20,000 nt of DNA from an uncultured virus (IMG/VR IMGVR_UViG_3300042273_000539) (Duplodnaviria > Heunggongvirae > Uroviricota > Caudoviricetes), in IMG/VR virus record IMGVR_UViG_3300042273_000539; one strand, written 5' to 3'. Numbering within the stretch: position 1 is the first letter of the stretch; each line of letters opens with the position of its first letter. The notes under the pieces are model-generated. The model made no database searches. It was not told where the DNA came from and worked only from the letters and a program-made list of their open reading frames with translations. Below, one piece after another: positions 14,497-20,000 of the stretch. A program made the position numbers and the translations under genes.

Positions 14497-14793
14497 TTAT
14501 TCCTCTATTGAATGAACACCATAAAAGGTTCCAAGAAAATCTGCTTTCTTTGTTTTATTGTTTTTATCATAAAACACGATAGTAATATTACCAGCAGTTG
14601 ACTCTCCTTCAATATAAGCAACGCCATTGTATTCCCAAACTGTTTCGCCAGTGAGCATATTAGATACTACTATCTCTCTTTCTAGCCCACCGCCAAAGTC
14701 TGACTTTACGTTCTTCTTCCAATTTTCCCATCCCATTCCACACGAAGTAAACAGAAGTACCGACAACAAAACTGCAACCAATAATTTTTTCAT
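14497..14793 (-). CDS. Putative lipoprotein
   Basis: MKK, hydrophobic core, then LFTS-C lipobox. Confidence 0.8.
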   Translation of the reverse strand: MKKLLVAVLLSVLLFTSCGMGWENWKKNVKSDFGGGLEREIVVSNMLTGETVWEYNGVAYIEGESTAGNITIVFYDKNNKTKKADFLGTFYGVHSIEE

Positions 14794-14803
14794 TTTATAA
14801 CTC

Positions 14804-15010
14804 CTATTTTAAATTCCATCCCGCTAAAGAAAGCAAAAGATTTTCCAGCCAATCTGGTTCTTCCTTACCTAATAAACTATATATTGTATCTAAAGTTAAA
14901 CAAAAGGCGGTAATAATAAACCACAGTATTCCAAGAAACAAAGCAATTCCAAACAAGACTGCAGTGATATATAATATGACTCTTAAAAAACCAAGTAGAA
15001 AAACTAACAT
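14804..15010 (-). CDS. Small membrane protein
   Basis: 68 aa, long hydrophobic N-terminus, AAGGAG RBS. Confidence 0.75.
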   Translation of the reverse strand: MLVFLLGFLRVILYITAVLFGIALFLGILWFIITAFCLTLDTIYSLLGKEEPDWLENLLLSLAGWNLK

Positions 15011-15036
15011 TTTATATCTCCTTTATTTCTCATTTT

Positions 15037-15579
15037 TTATTCCTTTATTAAAGCAAAATATCTAAAAATTTCATCATTACTTATAGGTTCAGAGTATTTT
15101 CCTTTTTCTCTAGCCCTATTCCAAGCATCTACCCAAGGTGTCTGATTAAGTGGAATATTTATCAAAGAAGTATAAGAATAGTCTTTGAAATGACATACTA
15201 CATCATCAATCAACTCTGCATCATATTTCTCAATAGGGTCTTTCCAATCTTCGTAAAAAAAGTTAAAAGGATAAGAAACATCAGGCTTTGTCTTTATAAC
15301 TTTTTTTATTTTAGGTATCCAAGAGCTTCCAAACATCTTAAATTCGTCATACACCTCTACAACTGTAGGGCCATTAGCCCAAGCATATATTTGCTCTGAA
15401 AAACAAGGTCTTCTGTTAAAAGAAGAAAACAAGAAAGATGCTTGACAAAAATATAAAAATTTTGTTAACCTGATATGGTCAACATATATATCATTATCAG
15501 AACAATAATTTATAATATGCCTTGCTACATCAATAGCATTATATACTTTTTTATTTCTCATTATTTCTGGTATTATCAT
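15037..15579 (-). CDS. Panacea (DUF4065)/SocA/GepA-like antitoxin-domain protein
   Basis: AIDVARHII, RLTKFLYFCQA, FSEQIYAWANGPTVVEVY, QTPW and ISNDEIFRYF match the family pattern. Confidence 0.88.
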   Translation of the reverse strand: MIIPEIMRNKKVYNAIDVARHIINYCSDNDIYVDHIRLTKFLYFCQASFLFSSFNRRPCFSEQIYAWANGPTVVEVYDEFKMFGSSWIPKIKKVIKTKPDVSYPFNFFYEDWKDPIEKYDAELIDDVVCHFKDYSYTSLINIPLNQTPWVDAWNRAREKGKYSEPISNDEIFRYFALIKE

Positions 15580-15580
15580 A

Positions 15581-15967
15581 CTATTTTAGATATGTAGTAG
15601 ATAAAACAGGAATTCTTTCTAAACTTTCTGCAACAAATTTCCTGTCTTCACTCTTCTCTATTTCCAGTCTTCTTTTTTTTTCTAGCTCTCTTCTAAAATT
15701 TTCTTCTTCCAAGAATTTAATCCATTCTTCTATTCCATCTAGTACTTTTGAAAGTAAAATTTCAAGTTCAAAATCTTCTAGGCGAATAACTTTTTCTTTT
15801 CCATTAAAACAAAAACCATCTATCTTAATTTCTCCATGAGCAGATGAAATATTTATGCCAAAATTCTTATAACGAAATAGATAAACATTAAGCCCTCTAT
15901 CTTCCACTCCTGGAACACCTATACCATATGCTCTTTTAAATAATTCATAAATTTTTTTGTCTTTCAT
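15581..15967 (-). CDS. Hypothetical protein
   Basis: 128-aa ORF, AAGGA RBS. Confidence 0.8.
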   Translation of the reverse strand: MKDKKIYELFKRAYGIGVPGVEDRGLNVYLFRYKNFGINISSAHGEIKIDGFCFNGKEKVIRLEDFELEILLSKVLDGIEEWIKFLEEENFRRELEKKRRLEIEKSEDRKFVAESLERIPVLSTTYLK

Positions 15968-15970
15968 TTT

Positions 15971-16531
15971 TTATTCCTTTCTTTTGCTATTAAAAAAATT
16001 ACTTTTTTTAACTGTGTAGCCTAACATATTTCCCCTTTTCTTTCCAACTTCTTTTGTTTTATTAAGAGTACAAGAACTATCAGTATCGCACATAATCAAA
16101 GTAGCATTATTTATAATACAGTTTTCTAAAATGCAATCAGTAAAGGAGCCTCCGTGTATCACACAGTTTTTAAAGGTACTGCCAAACCCAGAGCCATTTA
16201 CTATTATTTCACTACTCTCCAATAAAGAGTTATCAATTTTTTTAAAATTACCAAACGAATTTAACATTATGCTACCTTTTGTCAAAGAAACATATGGCTT
16301 TTTAAGCATACTTTTTATTTGACAATCTATCATAAGGCATCTTTTCATTATAGCATTAGTAGGGATAGTTGTTTTAAAAAATATAGAGCCTTCGCAAAAT
16401 ACGGCATCTATCCTGTTAGTCCCTTTTAAAATCCAATCTCTTACAAATTGATTAGTAAAAGAGGTGACATCTTCAGGGTCATAGTTAATGAGTTTTATAC
16501 TCTTAATGTAAGGTAGTATTTGTTCAAGCAT
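15971..16531 (-). CDS. Hypothetical protein with a short pentapeptide/beta-helix-like repeat; probably leaderless
   Basis: STFKNCVIHGGSFTDCILENCIINNATL; ATG is 5 nt after TATAAT with no Shine-Dalgarno. Confidence 0.75.
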   Translation of the reverse strand: MLEQILPYIKSIKLINYDPEDVTSFTNQFVRDWILKGTNRIDAVFCEGSIFFKTTIPTNAIMKRCLMIDCQIKSMLKKPYVSLTKGSIMLNSFGNFKKIDNSLLESSEIIVNGSGFGSTFKNCVIHGGSFTDCILENCIINNATLIMCDTDSSCTLNKTKEVGKKRGNMLGYTVKKSNFFNSKRKE

Positions 16532-16536
16532 ATCTT

Positions 16537-16565
16537 ATTATATTATTTTTTTAGTTTTTTGGCAA
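16537..16565 (-). promoter_or_regulatory. sigma70-type promoter TTGCCA-17-TATAAT
   Basis: TTGCCAAAAAACTAAAAAAATAATATAAT; spacer shares AAACTAAAAAAA with the array repeat. Confidence 0.8.
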
Positions 16566-16572
16566 ATAAATT

Positions 16573-16851
16573 TTATTCCCATTCTATTATAAGATATTTA
16601 CCACTTGAGGTTTCTTCTGTTATATGTACTGTAAATCCACCATCAATAAGTTCTTGCATTATTTCGTTTAAAATAATAGTTTCTTCTCTTGAAAAGAATT
16701 CTTCTATTACTTTTTTCTTTGGTTCCCTTATTGACATCTTTGCTAAAACGGCTTCTTTCCTTAACATATCATTTATTTTTTCACATTTTTCTTCGTAGTT
16801 TTTTATTCTACTTACATAAAGATTAAGATTTTCTTTGGTTATTATTCCCAT
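16573..16851 (-). CDS. Hypothetical protein
   Basis: 92 aa, GGGGAG RBS. Confidence 0.8.
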   Translation of the reverse strand: MGIITKENLNLYVSRIKNYEEKCEKINDMLRKEAVLAKMSIREPKKKVIEEFFSREETIILNEIMQELIDGGFTVHITEETSSGKYLIIEWE

Positions 16852-16870
16852 AATACTCCCCTTTTTGCAA

Positions 16871-16899
16871 AGTATATTGTTTTTTTAGTTTTTTGGCAA
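16871..16899 (-). promoter_or_regulatory. sigma70-type promoter TTGCCA-17-TATACT
   Basis: Near-duplicate of 16537-16565, directly downstream of the terminator. Confidence 0.8.
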
Positions 16900-16901
16900 A
16901 T

Positions 16902-16926
16902 AAAAAAAGGAGGGTTTCCCCTCCTT
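16902..16926 (-). terminator. Rho-independent terminator ending the structural operon
   Basis: AAGGAGGG-GAAA-CCCTCCTT followed by a T tract on the minus strand. Confidence 0.9.
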
Positions 16927-16949
16927 GTACAATTACTAAATTATGTTTA

Positions 16950-18161
16950 TTATACAGAAGACTCTGCAATATAAATACTCCATCTAAATTCTATTTCGGT
17001 ATCTGCAGTTTTCATTACTGGCTTTATATATCTTTTAGCTAAAAGAATACCAGAAGGCATTTTTTCGTATCCATCTGTAGAGGTTCCTAACCTTAAGATA
17101 CTATCGGAAAAAAGTCCGGCTTCTTTCAGGACCCAACCATTATAAGGATAAAAGTTAGAACCAGATGTCTGTGGCATAATAACAGAATATGTAAATTTAT
17201 CTTCATAAACTGTTGCGCTATTTTTACCTATATGCGTATACCCAGGTATAACGCTTTCAGTATGAAAATTGCTGTCATCTCTTTGAGCATACACAAAACA
17301 AGGTCGCCCTAATCCTCTATTTTCTCCAGAAGCTATCTCATTAGTGAAATCATACTTTGTAGTTTCGTCTGTAGCGCTTTCTATTAAACATGTTTTTATA
17401 GCACCTTTTATTCCAAATTCTCCTCTATAATTTGGCTCTTCAGGGGCTTCTTGATAAACATGAGGAGGCTGTACTGTTCTTGCCTTTATTATATTTGTTC
17501 CAGCTAAATTACTGGTCCCAGAATAATAGTTAGAATCTATGTTTATATTTGCTTTCCAAGTTGCAAAACTAGTTTCATCCATACTTTCAATACCTAGAAA
17601 ATTCTTCAATGTATTAGGATCATCTGTTCCATATAAAGCGGTTAAAGTGCTGTAATCATCATTCATGCTTATTTCTTTACCTGTCCCAAAAAGCATTTTT
17701 GTAGGGTACATGGGAGAAACATAAGAACTTCTATTTTCTTCAAAATTTCTCCATAAAAAAGATGCATCATCAAGGCCATTATGGTAATAAGGTCTATTAG
17801 ACAACAACATTCCGTCTTTATTTACTAAAGTGGACAAATCATGGAATGTGTTCACTCCATCATTGGCTTGCATGTTAGTAAATTTAACATTATAAGGGGA
17901 TACCAGTGGAGTAGAAAAACCAGACACAGAAGTACCATCAGTTGGTTCTTTATGCTCTTCAGATAATATATCTCCAGCAAGTAAGTGAACTATAGCATGT
18001 TTCATCCAATCGGTTATTTCATTATGATCTATATCATAGCTTATAATATTCCTGTCCTTATCTCTAACGATAACTTCTAATTCTCCTCTTACTCCTAAAG
18101 GTATGCTATCATTCTCTTTTTTTAGCATCCTGTAGCTCTTCATTATAACATCTTTTAACAT
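16950..18161 (-). CDS. Putative virion structural protein (baseplate/tail-collar-like)
   Basis: 403 aa; N-terminal GELEVIVRD...HNEIT and C-terminal LKEAGLF...LLAKR...VMKT...EFRWSI resemble phage tail-collar/baseplate proteins. Confidence 0.65.
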   Translation of the reverse strand: MLKDVIMKSYRMLKKENDSIPLGVRGELEVIVRDKDRNIISYDIDHNEITDWMKHAIVHLLAGDILSEEHKEPTDGTSVSGFSTPLVSPYNVKFTNMQANDGVNTFHDLSTLVNKDGMLLSNRPYYHNGLDDASFLWRNFEENRSSYVSPMYPTKMLFGTGKEISMNDDYSTLTALYGTDDPNTLKNFLGIESMDETSFATWKANINIDSNYYSGTSNLAGTNIIKARTVQPPHVYQEAPEEPNYRGEFGIKGAIKTCLIESATDETTKYDFTNEIASGENRGLGRPCFVYAQRDDSNFHTESVIPGYTHIGKNSATVYEDKFTYSVIMPQTSGSNFYPYNGWVLKEAGLFSDSILRLGTSTDGYEKMPSGILLAKRYIKPVMKTADTEIEFRWSIYIAESSV

Positions 18162-18523
18162 ATCATATTCCTTATATTTTCTACTTTCTTTCTTAAATCT
18201 TCTAACTCTTCACTATATTTCTCGCTTTCTTCTAAAACAGTAGAGTTTTCAAGTTCATTTTCTAAATAGTTTATTTTCTCTTCTATTAAGCTTTCTACCA
18301 TAGGGGCGAATACATTAAAAAACTTGTTAATAACTTCACCCTTTTTTGCTGAATGCCTTATCATATTTGCATAACTGGAAGTTATTACACCTTCCTCTAC
18401 TGCCATCCTTAAATCATAATCAAGGCTTTTATCAAAATAAGCTCCGTTTATTATTAGCCTTTCTATGCTCTTTCTTGGTATTGATATTCCTGCTGCTTCC
18501 AGCATTTCTTCTTTTAAATTCAT
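18155..18523 (-). CDS. Hypothetical protein, coiled-coil-like C-terminus
   Basis: 122 aa, AAGGAG RBS. Confidence 0.8.
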   Translation of the reverse strand: MNLKEEMLEAAGISIPRKSIERLIINGAYFDKSLDYDLRMAVEEGVITSSYANMIRHSAKKGEVINKFFNVFAPMVESLIEEKINYLENELENSTVLEESEKYSEELEDLRKKVENIRNMIC

Positions 18524-18555
18524 TATTAAATCTCCTTTTTTACCTTTCCTTCTAT

Positions 18556-20000
18556 TTATGTTATAGTGAGAGAAAAATCATCTTTCCCATCTATAATATA
18601 AACTCTTTTTAAAGGATTAGCGTACTCCATATATCCAACATTAATACTCCCAGAAAAAACACTAGAAGTATCTACTCCTGTTAAATCTGGCTCAAAATAA
18701 AAAGAATAAGTGTCTGATATATTTTCATCTTCTTCTGAAAATCCTTCTATTTCTTCTTCTTCAATCTTAAAAAAAGAGAAAGGAATAGAGGCTAGCTCGG
18801 GTTCTGACGAAGCCTCTGCGACAGATTGCTGGGTAAATCTTATGTCTTCTGTATTGTAATCATTCTCTGCATCTGCGTTATTTCCATCTATGTTAAACTC
18901 ATCCCCTACTCTCTTTGTATTTTCATCTATTATTCCTTCATCTACTAATTGATAGTTAGGTAAGTTATACCTTAACACGGTTCCATCGTTTAAAACAGTT
19001 TCATTAGTTATTTCAGAAGCGTTAAAAAGTTTAAATGTTATTTTATCTTCGTAAAAAGTTCCTTCAAATAGAATGGTAGGATAATATTTTCTAATATATA
19101 TAGGAATAATAATATTCATATATTTTTCTAAAATCTTTTGATACTCTAAACTTATTAAATTTTCTTTTGAATGAAAAAAGTAAAACTCAAGAGTTATAGT
19201 GTTTGTTTTAAAGTAGGTAAATATTTCTTGAAAATTATTAGAATACCCAAGTACTTTTTTTAATACATCTCTTATTGTATCCCCACTGTCTTCCACTGTA
19301 TAATCTTCTACTAGTTTACTGAAATAACTTTGTGATTTAGGCTCTGTTAAATTTTTTACTTTCTCATAAGGAGTTAAAGGATAATATGTAGTTAATGGAT
19401 TATAAGGTGTTAAATAATATTCATAAGAATCTAGATTTCTTTCTTTTGTAAAAGGATTGCCTTCCTCTACGTTGTCATACCAAAATAGTCTCCTATCAAA
19501 ATAAAGTTCTTTTATATTTAATCCTACTCCAAGAGAGCCTAAAAATAATTCTAAAGCATATATCGTACCTTTATGTTTATATACAGAAACTATATTACTT
19601 ATAAGAGATCTCATTTTACTGTGGTTATTTATATCCTCTTCTAAAACCACTTTAATTCCTAATATAGCAGATAAATAAGATAAATAATCTTGAGGAATTT
19701 TATCTATATCTGTATATCTCGCTATAGAATTTATTATTGTTGAAAACTTATCAAATTCTTTAAAAAAAGCTTCTATATGAATTTTTCTATCTTCATCTTT
19801 CTCTATCATAAACCAGTCATACTCTGGCAGAAACCTTTTCCTATTATCAAAAAAGAAGCTAAAAACATTGGCGTTAAAGAAGGAATATAATATTTGAACA
19901 TATAGCTTTCTGTATTTTATATTATACCAATCATAATTTATCAAAGGGTATATTTCATGAATAACTTCTTGTATATATCTAAATATGGTAGAAGAATAAT
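18556..20000 (-). CDS. Putative baseplate wedge protein with P2 gpI-like domain, 5' end outside the window
   Basis: DIDKIPQDYLSYLSAILG...RSLISNIVSVYKHKGTIYALELFL motif; the frame stays open upstream of 19944 to the window edge. Confidence 0.7.
   Translation of the reverse strand, partial: YSSTIFRYIQEVIHEIYPLINYDWYNIKYRKLYVQILYSFFNANVFSFFFDNRKRFLPEYDWFMIEKDEDRKIHIEAFFKEFDKFSTIINSIARYTDIDKIPQDYLSYLSAILGIKVVLEEDINNHSKMRSLISNIVSVYKHKGTIYALELFLGSLGVGLNIKELYFDRRLFWYDNVEEGNPFTKERNLDSYEYYLTPYNPLTTYYPLTPYEKVKNLTEPKSQSYFSKLVEDYTVEDSGDTIRDVLKKVLGYSNNFQEIFTYFKTNTITLEFYFFHSKENLISLEYQKILEKYMNIIIPIYIRKYYPTILFEGTFYEDKITFKLFNASEITNETVLNDGTVLRYNLPNYQLVDEGIIDENTKRVGDEFNIDGNNADAENDYNTEDIRFTQQSVAEASSEPELASIPFSFFKIEEEEIEGFSEEDENISDTYSFYFEPDLTGVDTSSVFSGSINVGYMEYANPLKRVYIIDGKDDFSLTIT

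Noticed and set aside
4402..18612. Remaining plus-strand ORFs in the track
   Set aside because: All are shadows of densely packed minus-strand genes and have no recognisable motifs.
1..20000. Alternative genetic code (stop-codon reassignment)
   Set aside because: Conserved genes read intact in code 11, and TAA, TAG and TGA all end genes at sensible positions.

Overview
AT-rich segment of a large lytic dsDNA phage genome, with essentially all genes on the minus strand. Read in transcription order (right to left) it contains: (1) structural tail/baseplate-like genes closed by a terminator at about 16.9 kb; (2) an accessory block with a Panacea/SocA-like antitoxin, an adjacent macrodomain + NADAR pair, a TIGR02328/DenV-like protein, a metallophosphoesterase, two 'FVSNSSSSSF' paralogs and a SLOG protein; (3) a class II ribonucleotide reductase (nrdJ) interrupted by both a 246-nt group I intron at the catalytic NPCG^E motif and a 371-aa LAGLIDADG intein; (4) a 2.7-kb array (217-2894) of 14 near-identical sigma70 promoter repeats (CTTGACAAGAAACTAAAAAAATG-N-[-10]), each followed by a single cargo. 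Cargoes are small ORFs, unannotated micropeptides, short hairpin-forming sequences, and a complete type II hammerhead ribozyme that begins at the predicted transcription start. All calls come from reading the sequence by eye; no database searches were run.
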